Of a stretch of 64,000 nucleotides of DNA, positions 40,503 to 51,272 are shown one piece after another (the stretch's first letter is position 1; every line of letters starts with the position of its first letter). A program made the translations under genes and the position numbers. Under the pieces are notes generated by a model, which made no database searches, was not told the DNA's origin, and saw only the letters and a list, made by a program, of their open reading frames with translations. The stretch comes from Podarcis bocagei (taxonomy: Eukaryota): the NCBI GenBank assembly GCA_964188305.1, contig OZ076887.1. One strand, given 5' to 3'.

Positions 40503-41398
40503 CCGTATTTTCCCCTCTATAACACGCAGATTTTTTCTCCTAAAAAGGAAGGGGAAATGTCTGTGCGTGTTATTGAGCGAATGTGTGGTCCCTGGAGCCG
40601 AAAAATCAGGCAAAAATAAAATTGCGCGTCACGGAGAAGGGAAACCTGAAAAGAGGAAGTTGCTGCTTTCCTGCATTCTTCCTCAGGGTCTTACTGCCCA
40701 CCCCCTTGTGTTTCGTTGCTGTGTTTACTCAAACGGAACAAAGAGCAGGCAAATCCCCTCCCCTCCAGGCAAGCAGAGGGGAAAGCAGAGCGTCCTTCCT
40801 TCTAATTCCTCTCCGTGCTCCGGTGCTGCTGCTGCTGCTGCTGCTCGCAGGCAGCCAGAAAACATGCAGATGGGAGAGAGAGGGGGGGCTGGCTTGGGGG
40901 GGGAAACTTTTGCCTTTCTTTCCTCCCTCCCGTTAAATCCCTCTCCTGCATTCTTAGCCAGCTGCTTCTCTGCACACCCCTCTCGTGCTCCTTGTCCCTT
41001 CTGTGTTTTTCCTTACCTCCCCACTTAAAATGTAGTTACAAAGCATGGATCCACATGGATCTTCAGGATCTTTGCATTGGGTCACCCCAAATTCACCATC
41101 AGATCACATAGTATGTCCATGGCTACAGCCTGCACCAAAAAAATCACGCACCCACTGTTGCCTGGGGCCGCAATGGTGCAAAAACGTGGTTACAAAGCAC
41201 AGATCCACAGGGATTCTCAGGATGTTTGCATTGGGTCACCCCAAATTCACCATCAGATCACATGTCTGTGGCCACAGCATGAAGCACAAAAATGATACAT
41301 CCACTGTTTCATTCAGAATTCCCCCCCCCCTTATTTTCCTCCTCTAAAAACGATGTGCGTGTTATGGTCAGGTGCGTGTTATAGAGCGAAAAATACGG
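40503..41398 (+). mobile_element. CCGTA-ended Tc1/mariner-type non-autonomous element, 896 bp
   Basis: TA|CCGTATTTTCCCCTCTATAACACGCA ... TGCGTGTTATAGAGCGAAAAATACGG|TA. Arms shared with 36829-37087. The interior has a (CTG)n tract and a ~154-bp-period internal duplication. Confidence 0.88.
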
Positions 41399-42662
41399 TA
41401 AATCCAGTGGGAAAGGAGGCAAGAAGAAAAACCCCACCTCTGTTGAAACATGAAGGCTAGCAAGAGAATGAAGGGGCCAAGTGAATATTTACAAATTGCA
41501 AAGTTGTTTGTCTTAAAACTATCCAAAAGATAGGGCAGAAAAGTTATAGCTGAGGCTGCCATTGCCACACAACAGCCAAGTTCCAAGTTAATTTGTTGGA
41601 TAATGTTTATATCCCATTTCCCAGTAAAACTCTCAAAGCAGCTTTCTAGTGGGAACTGCAGCTGTAGCATTCCTTTATCCAGGGCCGCAGCAGCCAGCCA
41701 ACCTTTATTTCATTCTGTTCTTCCTCTCTCCCAGTTAACAATGTCCCCGCCCCCCTCCACACACAGAAAAAAATGGATTCTTAAGTCCTACTGATTCTTT
41801 TGTCTTGTACACAGATGATACTCTTTTGGCTACATAAGGACTGTCACCCAGAGATTGGCTTGCTCTGAGCATACAAACATCATACCTATATATATATCTT
41901 TCTGAAAATATCCTTAAATATATCTCAATACAAAACAGTAACCAAGAATCATAGGATTTAATCCAATGCTGCTGTTCCAAAAGTGGAAATGTATTCCAGA
42001 AGGTTAGGGGACTCTCAGGGCAGTTTTGGGGGTGTCTGGGGAATGCAGGGGGAGGAGAGGAGGGGGAAGTTAGACTGTGCTCGATACAACCCATAGCCAA
42101 CACAACACAGAGCATCCAATTACTCCCTTACTCCCTTCACTTAGAGGCAAAAGTCTCCTAAAAAGCTTAGTCTGCTGTTTTCCTATATGAGAAAATCGGG
42201 ATGGTTCTAACCACCTCCCCCTGAACATCTGGTGGTGGTAGCACCTTCAAGAGGGCCTCTGACATTCTAAAAGCATGTGGGGAAAGTTCTCTCTGTTTTA
42301 TTTTAGTGTTTGTTGAAGACATCTTGCATCCCAGGTGCTTTTACTCATGTGATACATTCATACCATTTTATATGCTTTATTGTGTCTCGTTTTCTGAAAA
42401 GAAAGTTATAGCGAGCTTCAAAATTATAGAGACTATCAGTTTTATGTATCTTAAACAAAAGTCTTAAAAATGACCTTACTAATAAAGAAACATTGTTTTT
42501 TCAAACTTGGATATGTCAAAAAATAACCAATAACTTTTTTACCACGCTTCACTGGAATGAGAACTAACATGAGTTGTATTAGCCTTAGGCTAACTATCTT
42601 TTAAACATAAAGTTATAAACACATCAGAACTACCTCCGAAAATGAAAGGGCTGTCTCATATA

Positions 42663-42797
42663 TCACGCCGGGATCCGGAGGGTGGCGCAGAGCTGCAGGA
42701 AGCCCGGGAAAGCCTGCATTCGCCCCATAGGACACACACACATTTCCCCTTCATTTTTGGAGGGGAAAAAGTGCGTCCTATAGGGCGGAAAATACGG
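42663..42797 (-). mobile_element. Truncated CCGTA-ended MITE (single arm, inverted orientation)
   Basis: Reverse complement of 42711-42797 aligns ungapped to 36829-36915 (73/87 identical by manual count). Ends AATACGG|TA. Confidence 0.8.
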
Positions 42798-42887
42798 TAA
42801 AAAGGCATTATATGTTAATGAAAACACTAATCAAAGTATGTTATATTTTTACCAAAATCTGTATAATGTAGCCTCAAATGCTTCTGC

Positions 42888-43180
42888 CATAAGAAATTAA
42901 TAAGAGCCCTGCTGGTTCAGACCAAAGGTCTAGCTATCTGTTCTCACACTTCTCAAAGAGATGCTTATGGGAAGCTCACACACAGGACATGAGTGCAATA
43001 GCACTATTCCATTCATAATCCCCCAACAATTGGTACTCAGGGGCATGCTGGAGATAATACATAGTCATCAGGACTCGGTAGCCTTTGATAGCCTTATCCT
43101 CCATGAATCTGTCTAACCCCTTTTAAAAGAATCAAGTTGGTAGCCATTACTATGTCTTGTGGTAGCAAATCTCATTGGTT
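42888..43180 (-). mobile_element. Decayed CR1 LINE 3' end
   Basis: Begins CATAAGAA...AGAGCCCTGCTGG.TCAGACCAAAGGTC and contains GATAGCCTTATCCTCCATGAATCTGTCTAACCCCTTTTAAA (reverse complement of the CR1 ORF2 end). Confidence 0.7.
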
Positions 43181-43262
43181 GGCTGTGGAATATGAATCTT
43201 CCTATGAAAAATAATATTTTCATTGTATTTTAAAGCTTATTCATGTTGTTCCTCCTTTTCAG

Positions 43263-44049
43263 AACTACAAACGGCATATGGATGGCATGTATGGGCCCCC
43301 AGCAAAACGCCATGAAGGAGATATGTTTAATATGCAGTATAGTGGCCAGCAGCAAGATATGTTTAACCAGTACAGTGCTTACTCTGGACCAGACCGAAGG
43401 CCCATACAGGGACAGTATCCATATCCTTATAGCCGAGAGAGAATGCAGGCACCGGGACAAATGCAGCAACATGGAATACCTCCTCAGATGATTGGTGGTC
43501 CTATGCAGTCATCAGCCTCCAGTGAAGGCCCCCAACAGAACATGTGGCCCACAAGAAATGATATGTCTTACCCATATCAAAATAGGCAAGGCCCTGGAGG
43601 CCCTGCACAGGCCCCACCTTATCCAGGGATGAACCGCACTGAAGATATGATGGTCCCTGACCAGAGGATAAACCATGAAAGCCAGTGGCCTTCTCATGTC
43701 AACCAACGTCAGCCTTCTTACATGTCATCTTCTGCCTCCATGCAGCCTGTCACTCGACCTCCTCAGTCATCTTACCAGACGACGCCGTCGATGCCAAACC
43801 ACATCTCTCGAGCGCCTAGTCCTGCATCCTTCCCACGCTCCCATGAAAACCGTATGTCTCCAAGTAAATCCCCTTTCCTGCCCTCCATGAAGATGCCGAA
43901 AGTTATGCCCACTGTTCCAGTCTCACAGGTCGCAGGTCCTCCAACCCAGCCACCACCAATTAGGAGGGAAATAACTTTTCCTCCAGGCTCTGTAGAAGCA
44001 TCCCAGCCAGTCTTGAAACCAAGACGAAAGATTACCTCAAAAGATATAG
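43263..44049 (+). CDS. ARID1B: ARID1B large coding exon (787 nt; [20 protein letters not shown]...[28 protein letters not shown])
   Basis: Acceptor cctccttttcag, donor TAG|gtaagt. ORF 43278-44060. Phase 0 to 1. Confidence 0.98.
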
Positions 44050-45192
44050 GTAAGTGCTAGACAATGAAAAGGAGTCTCTTTTTAATTACAATATTTTAAA
44101 GGCTGCAGTTTTGTAAACTTACGTTGAGAAATTACCTTTGTTAAATTGCAACTATGCCCAAATTTCATAGCAGGAGTGACCATTTTCACCCCACCACTTA
44201 ATCTACTTATATGAAGAAGGGCACTGCATACTTAGGCAAGAAGTTACTGTAACTGTGTGTTTTATTAAAGTTTTCATATTAGGTGTTGTCCTCCTGCTGT
44301 TTCTGACATTTGGTTTCTTCCTGAAATAAGCAGGATTTATGTGATTTCATTTTGGCACGGGGGAGCTAGAATCCAACGACTAATGAAGGGGACACCGTTT
44401 TGGTTACTTCTGGATCATTTGGTTACTTCTATGGCCATTTTTCACCCCCTCTTCCCCAAGAGGAAATTCAAAGTATACTTTGGAGAACCAAAGTATACTT
44501 TGCTTACTTACAAGAATGCATTTTGAGTAGACATTATGAGGGCTCAGAAGATAACATATGATTATGCAGAAAAAAGTATCAGTAGAGCACTCAAAAAATC
44601 CAAGCTGGGTCTGAGAACTGCAAGATTAAATCTGATTTTCCTCAAATCCTAACAGTTCTTCAAAAGTGGTTTCAATCTGCACCCAGAACTGGGTGTGACA
44701 TACACAAACACGCACCCTTGTGTACATTCCTTAGTTAGCTTGAAAGAAAGGATAGCCAAAAGCCTTATTAATCAAACATATTTTGTTCCTCTCAACTCCT
44801 AATGCTTAAGAGTGGCTCATCTCTTCAATTTGCATAACGGAGCATGATAGCTAACGACCATGTTTGTTAGCCACAGATTAACCTTCTGTGCTGTTTTATT
44901 CAGCCAGTTCTCAAAATAGCAACATGGCTTTTTTCATCTTAAATAGGCAGTTTTTCCTGCTGTATTTAATATAATTCAGTGTTGTGTTCAGTGGAAGACA
45001 TGCTAGTGAATTCTGCATATGAGAGTTGCCATTCCTGAACCTAACAAAGGAACTGTGACTATTCATACCATAATCTGGAATAAAAGCATCCCTTCTTCTC
45101 ACTGATCCAAAATCTGTATGCCATTTGAAATCTAGCTTCTGGATCTCCTTTAGACAGAATGCTTATTAATGCTTTGTGTTCTTATTTTCCAG

Positions 45193-45323
45193 TGACTCCT
45201 GAGGCTTGGAGGGTGATGATGTCACTTAAATCAGGCCTTCTTGCTGAAAGTACCTGGGCTTTAGATACTATTAATATCCTTCTGTATGATGACAGTACTG
45301 TTGCTACTTTCAATCTCTCTCAG
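45193..45323 (+). CDS. ARID1B: ARID1B coding exon (131 nt; [44 protein letters not shown])
   Basis: Acceptor ttattttccag, donor CAG|gtaggt. Phase 1 to 0. Identical to the recalled human peptide. Confidence 0.98.
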
Positions 45324-45376
45324 GTAGGTTTGATATTTCTCCAGAAGTCTGTTTATCTGAAACCTCCTAATGCCAT

Positions 45377-45377
<1 letters not shown>

Positions 45378-45419
<42 letters not shown>
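45378..45419. repeat. (TAGA)n tetranucleotide microsatellite
   Basis: Direct reading. Confidence 0.95.
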
Positions 45420-45515
45420 TTTTCCTTCATCTAAAACAGTCATAGGGCAGTTGACAACAAAATAAGGCAGTACAAAACATGTTGCATATGAAGAAAAAGC
45501 ATTAGCAATTCATGG

Positions 45516-45708
45516 TGGGCCATAGCTCAGTGGCAGAGTATATGCTTCTTCTGCAGAAGGCCGTAGCTTTCTGTAGAAGAAAGCTTTTCCATGTTGGACA
45601 GGGAGTATCCCCATCTGAAACCCTGGGAGAGCTGCTGCCATTCAGTGTAGGCAATAGCTGGGCTAGATGGACCAGTGGTCTCACCTGATATAAGGCTGGT
45701 CCCCATGG
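45516..45708 (+). mobile_element. Decayed tRNA-derived SINE (Squam2-like)
   Basis: Head GGGCCATAGCTCAGTGGCAGAG, body GAAACCCTGGGAGAGCTGCTGCCA.TCAGTGTAG..AATA.CTGGGCTAGATGGACCA. More decayed relatives at ~10525-10690 and ~19975-20130. Confidence 0.65.
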
Positions 45709-47031
45709 AGTTCAATGGTATGCTCTTCCTTACAAGATTAGCAATTCACATAAAATACGTGTCACATCATTAGCAGCACCATAACTTTAAAGTGATTTTA
45801 CCCCAACCTCTAAAGCTTAACAAACAGTTGAATTTACCTGCCATTTAATAAATACAAAGTGAGGCTGAAACATAGAATCACCACTGGAAACACCACTCAA
45901 ATGTCCTAGTCATTCAGTGTTCCAAAGACTGACCCTTCAAAATTAAATCAGTATTTTTTTTATCAAAGCTCTCTTACAGCAGCTTGGTTCCTAAGATGTG
46001 AGAACAGACCCTTTCTCACAGCAGGGTTTTCCAGTTCCCTCTTTCCCTCAGCTCCTCAGCCAAAAGACACTGTTGGGAATCAAGGGGCCTTCTCGAACAG
46101 AACAGGGTACAGGAAGCTGCACTCAGATGGAAGAATCAGTAAAAAGTGCTTTGTACAAGAGCATCTTTAAATCCAAGCCAATATTTTTTTTCCTGGTTGA
46201 ACATTTATGCTGCATATAGCTTTCACTAACAGCAGGAGGAACTCAAGAGTGCCTTGGATGGAGCACATCAGTTGGTAATAAAAGCCTTCAAGAGCTTATC
46301 ACAGTCATGAAAACTATATTGGCTACTACTGATATATTGTCAGCTCTTCCTTAACTTGAAGACTAAAGTGCATCACAGAATTAGGAAAGGTGTGGGAGAT
46401 GGGAGAGGAAAAAATATTTAAATAATTATTTGCATATGACATAAAAGATCACTATTTGTGGGGCCATACTTTCAAAAGACTTCACCTCTTCCAGAACCAA
46501 GCCTCTTACATTCACCTTCTTTTTGCAATTTAATGTTATATTTCAAGTGAAAGTAAATTTCTACTAGATTCCACTAAAGAAAGTTTCTACTAAATATCAC
46601 AAGATATCACTAGAGAAGACTGATTTCTTTGATGCAAAAGACTTGCACTATAGGGATTAAGAAGCAGTATGAAAACCCTTTTGTGATCTGCCACTGCTGC
46701 TAGATTCCTTGCAGGGTGAGAATTGCAAGTGTGGCAATTATTCTGGCTTGGTTTTTTATTCACAAGTAGTTATGAGTGCATCATTTCATGCAATATGGAA
46801 CAATGAACAGGTTTGTAAATAGCCACTTGCTTGATCACCTGAAATGAGTAGTAATCATTTCCAGGACACCAGACAGGAAAGCTTTTGTAAATTAGAAAAG
46901 AATTGTTTTTACTTTTTTTGCTTTTAGAACACTGAAGTGCTATAAATCACGCTATAGATATGTATGTTGAAGGGCTACTACCAACATTTATGAGCTGGAA
47001 AATAGGGATTATGAGCCAGCTCAAATACATA

Positions 47032-47363
47032 CAGTGGTGCCCCGCAAGACGAATGCCTCGCAAGATGGAAAACCCGCTAGACGAAAGGGTTTTTGCGTTT
47101 TTGAGCTGCTTCGCAAGACGAATTTCCCTATGGGCTTGCTTCGCAAGACGAAAACGTATTGCGAGTGTTCCAATTTTTTTTCCGCTTTCCCCCCCTTTTT
47201 CTAAGCCGCTAAGCCGCTAATAGCCTTTTAGCCGCTAAGCCTTTAATAGCCGCTAAACCGCTAATAGCGCTAATCCGCTAATAGGGTTGCTTCGCAAGAC
47301 GAAAAAACCGCTAGACGAAGAGACTCACGGAACGGATTATTTTCGTCTTGCGAGGCACCACTG
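47032..47363. mobile_element. Tigger-like MITE, 332 bp, young (CpG intact)
   Basis: 22-bp TIRs CAGTGGTGCCCCGCAAGACGAA / TTCGTCTTGCGAGGCACCACTG (1 mismatch), TA TSD. Repeated GCAAGACGAA and AAGCCGCT motifs inside. Confidence 0.92.
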
Positions 47364-48129
47364 TATTCAGTATCTATTTCTCCATCTAAGTTCCTTCACA
47401 TGGTTAGTGTGTGGATAAATTTAGATGGGGACATGCTGTAGCCTGTCCAGAGACTTTGTGGGATAACGTGGGTGGGGGAGAGTGGGAGGTCTGGTTTCAA
47501 TAAATGCATGTCTTTGCAATAATTTCAGCAAAATAGAAATTCATGAATTTTAAGAAGCAAATGGCCATGGCAAAGTGGCCTCACTCACCCTGACTTCAAA
47601 TGTACTCTCCTTGTACTCCTGTATTTAGCACCATTCCAGTAAGAAAACATTACAAGGACACAGTGTAAGTGGAGTTGTATCTATAGGTTCTCTTCCTCTG
47701 AGGGCAGAGGGAAGACCCTTTATTCCAGAGGAACACTCAGTTTGTGTGCCTGTGTGTGTTTAAATAATTGTGACTATTTTGTAAGATCCAAAAAGTTCAA
47801 TTGTGGGATAAAATAAAAAATAAAACAATAAGTAATAAAAACTTTTAATATTAAATTAAATATTAAATACAGTTTGGGGATTTCCTTTAAAATGTGCGAA
47901 CTACAAGGGTTATAAATACTTTATATTTTTATTACTCCATTAAATCTTTTTAGTATTCCCAGATCACTAAATGCCTACATTTAGAGAATGCCCCAACAAG
48001 GTTTGTTTTATGTGTAAAATGAAGAGTAAATTAACATCTTTCTGAAAGTATGCCTACTGCTGCCAACACAATTCTGTTTCACCTGAAATGTTCCTCTTAA
48101 CGTTCTTATGTTATTTTTTGTTTCTTCAG

Positions 48130-49854
48130 TTATCTGGTTTTCTTGAGCTTTTGGTGGAATACTTTAGAAAATGCCTGATAGATATATTTGGAATCCTCAT
48201 GGAATATGAAGTCGGACATCCAGGACCAAAAATACTTGACCATAATTCAGCCCAGAAAGAGGATGCCCAGTCTGCAACGCAAGAAGCCAGCAAAGAAGAA
48301 AACAATGATGAATGTATTGATTATTTTGGTGAATTTGAGGATGAGGAAGAGGAAGAAGAGGAAAATGAGAACCCTGAAGAAGAGAAGAGCACTGTTCTTG
48401 CTCCCCCTGGTGCCATTGCTGATCCAAGTGAGAGGCCAAAACAAGCCAGTAAGTTTGACAAGCTGCCAATAAAAATCGTAAAGAAAAACAACTTATTTGT
48501 TGTCGACCGATCTGACCAGCTGGGGCGTGTTCAGGAATTCAACAGTGGACTCCTCCATTGGCAGCTGGGTGGGGGTGATACAACCGAACACATCCAGACC
48601 CACTTTGAGAGTAAGATGGAGATTCCTCCTCGCAGGAAACCGCCTCTTCCATCCAACTCTTCAAGTAAAAAGAGAAATGTGGAGGGGAAAAGAGAACCTG
48701 AGGAACAGCAAGACAAAAGCATATCAGCCACCATTGATGATGTCTTGTCAGCTCGTCCAGGAGCACTGTCTGAAGACTCAGACTCTAGTTCTCAGACAGA
48801 TAGCAGTAAATTTCCATTTGGGATCCACCAAGCCAAAAGTCATCGGAATATCAAGTTGCTAGAGGATGAGCCACGGAGTCGAGATGAGACTCCTCTATGC
48901 ACCATAACTCACTGGCAGGACTCTCTGGCCAAACGTTGCATCTGTGTGTCAAACATTGTCCGCAGCTTGTCTTTTGTGCCTGGCAATGATGCTGAAATGT
49001 CAAAACATCCGGGCTTGGTGCTAATCTTAGGAAAGTTGATACTTCTCCATCATGAACACCCAGAAAGAAAGCGTGCACCACAGACATATGAAAAAGAGGA
49101 AGAGGCGGACAAAGGGGTGGCCTGCAGCAAGGATGAGTGGTGGTGGGACTGCCTTGAGGTCTTGAGGGATAATACATTGGTCACATTAGCCAACATTTCT
49201 GGGCAGCTAGACTTATCTGCTTACACGGAAAGCATCTGTTTGCCAATTTTGGATGGCTTACTGCACTGGATGGTGTGCCCATCTGCAGAGGCACAGGATC
49301 CTTTTCCAACTGTGGGGCCCAACTCAGTCCTGTCGCCTCAGAGACTTGTACTGGAAACCCTGTGTAAACTCAGTATCCAAGACAATAATGTGGACCTTAT
49401 CTTGGCCACTCCCCCATTCAGTCGTCAGGAGAAACTCTATGCTACTTTAGTTAGGTACGTTGGGGACCGCAAAAATCCAGTCTGCCGAGAAATGTCCATG
49501 GCACTCTTATCGAACCTTGCCCAGGGGGACACATTAGCAGCAAGGGCGATTGCTGTGCAGAAGGGAAGCATCGGAAACTTGATAAGCTTCCTTGAGGATG
49601 GGGTCACTATGGCCCAGTACCAGCAGAGCCAGCATAACCTCATGCACATGCAGCCCCCGCCTCTGGAGCCACCTAGCGTAGACATGATGTGCAGGGCAGC
49701 CAAGGCTTTGCTGGCCATGGCCCGGGTGGAGGAGAATCGCTCAGAGTTCCTATTGCACGAAGGACGTTTGCTGGATATCTCAATATCTGCTGTCCTGAAC
49801 TCTCTGGTTGCATCTGTCATCTGTGATGTACTTTTTCAGATTGGGCAGTTATGA
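48130..49854 (+). CDS. ARID1B: ARID1B terminal coding exon (1725 nt incl. TGA); BAF250_C / armadillo-like core-binding region ending ...[12 protein letters not shown]
   Basis: Acceptor ttttgtttcttcag in frame with ORF 48088-49854. Sequence and C-terminus (FQIGQL) match ARID1B rather than ARID1A. Confidence 0.99.
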   Translation, partial: LSGFLELLVEYFRKCLIDIFGILMEYEVGHPGPKILDHNSAQKEDAQSATQEASKEENNDECIDYFGEFEDEEEEEEENENPEEEKSTVLAPPGAIADPSERPKQASKFDKLPIKIVKKNNLFVVDRSDQLGRVQEFNSGLLHWQLGGGDTTEHIQTHFESKMEIPPRRKPPLPSNSSSKKRNVEGKREPEEQQDKSISATIDDVLSARPGALSEDSDSSSQTDSSKFPFGIHQAKSHRNIKLLEDEPRSRDETPLCTITHWQDSLAKRCICVSNIVRSLSFVPGNDAEMSKHPGLVLILGKLILLHHEHPERKRAPQTYEKEEEADKGVACSKDEWWWDCLEVLRDNTLVTLANISGQLDLSAYTESICLPILDGLLHWMVCPSAEAQDPFPTVGPNSVLSPQRLVLETLCKLSIQDNNVDLILATPPFSRQEKLYATLVRYVGDRKNPVCREMSMALLSNLAQGDTLAARAIAVQKGSIGNLISFLEDGVTMAQYQQSQHNLMHMQPPPLEPPSVDMMCRAAKALLAMARVEENRSEFLLHEGRLLDISISAVLNSLVASVICDVLFQIGQL

Positions 49855-51106
49855 CATAAGTGAGAAGCCAAGCATGTGTGAGTGGAGATTAGAGGGTCAC
49901 ATATAACTGGCTGTTTTCTGTACTTGTTTATCCAGTGTAGGAAGAAGGAAAAAAAGAATCTTTGCTCCTCTGCCCCATTCACTATTTACCAATTGGGAAT
50001 TAAAAAAATATATTAATTTGAACAGTTATGGAATTAATATTTGCTGTCTATGTGTATAAGTACATCTTTTTATTTTATTTTTTTAACCAAAGTCTGTCTA
50101 GTACATTCAAAGGTCACACTTCTTTTCCATAGATATCATTTTCAAAAAAACCTATTTTTTATTTTTTTGCATGTTTGTATCACATATTTTTTGGGAGGGG
50201 AAGCAAACTAGGGATACTGAGGGTTGAAATGTTGCAAAACATGATTTGAGAGGCGGGGGGAAGGCTCACCACTCTGAAGCGCAAAAGTGGGGGAAATATA
50301 CTAAGTTACTGTGTGTTTTATTTTTGAAGAATGAAAGAAAACCCAACCACCCTTTATGCCGTTGCCCAAAGCACTCTGTGCAATAGAAGAAAGTTAGTGA
50401 TGTAGGTGTAGCGGATCAAGGAAGGGGGTCGGTCCATAGTCTGCATATGAAATTATCTTGGTTTCTCTGCAGGAGAATGGTTACATTAGGCTAGGAGCAA
50501 AACAAATTCTTTAGGAAAGTTAAAACACAAACCTGAAGACGATCAACATGAATTGCTTCCTCACCAGAACTGTCACATCAGTATCTATTGTTTGACCTTC
50601 CACAGTGACAGTTCTTCACAATTCCTTTTAATCATTTTAAATATTTTTTTATTGCCTAAGGGCCGTGATGTATATAGAAGTTGTACATTAAACATACCCT
50701 CATCTCTCTTTTTTTAAATACGTACAAGGATTTTTTTTTTCATGATGTGGTAACTACAAAGTGATGGTAGACTTAATTTTATTATTATTATTATAATTAT
50801 TATTATTATTATTATTATTATTTTGTTCGGGCCATGTCTCTAAAAAACAGTAACAGAAAAACACCACCACGAGGGTAATGTACAAGTTTCTGTATGTATA
50901 AAGTCATGCTCTATTTCGGGAGAGCAGTTGCTCACAACTTGCTTTATAAATCAAGATGTGGAAATGGTTACTTATGGATTGATTTAAGAAATTGGTTACC
51001 AGTCTACAGGAAAAATAATACTTATACAGGAAAAAAGGAAGAAAAACAACTTCAAAGATTTTTCAGTGAGAAGAATCCGCATTTGTATTTCAAAATAATG
51101 TAGTTT
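49855..51106 (+). other. ARID1B: ARID1B 3'UTR (minimum extent; probably continues past the gap)
   Basis: AU-rich sequence after the stop, resembling the recalled mammalian ARID1B 3'UTR. Candidate poly(A) signals ATTAAA 50687-50692 (with upstream UGUA motifs) and AATAAA 51525-51530 and 52521-52526. Confidence 0.75.
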
Positions 51107-51272
51107 NNNNNNNNNNNNNNNNNNNNNNNNNNNNNNNNNNNNNNNNNNNNNNNNNNNNNNNNNNNNNNNNNNNNNNNNNNNNNNNNNNNNNNNNNNNNNN
51201 NNNNNNNNNNNNNNNNNNNNNNNNNNNNNNNNNNNNNNNNNNNNNNNNNNNNNNNNNNNNNNNNNNNNNNNN
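51107..51272. other. Assembly gap (166 N)
   Basis: Run of N. Confidence 1.

Noticed and set aside
40414-41347. 204-aa and neighbouring ORFs as a transposase or novel gene
   Set aside because: They lie within a non-autonomous element, have no DDE/D or HTH motifs, and the low complexity comes from (CTG)n.
48088-48129. N-terminal [14 protein letters not shown] of the 588-aa ORF as a start or signal peptide
   Set aside because: It is the intronic polypyrimidine tract of the last acceptor. The exon starts at 48130.
48188-49820. Antisense and alternate-frame ORFs over the last exon
   Set aside because: Shadows of the ARID1B CDS with no independent homology.
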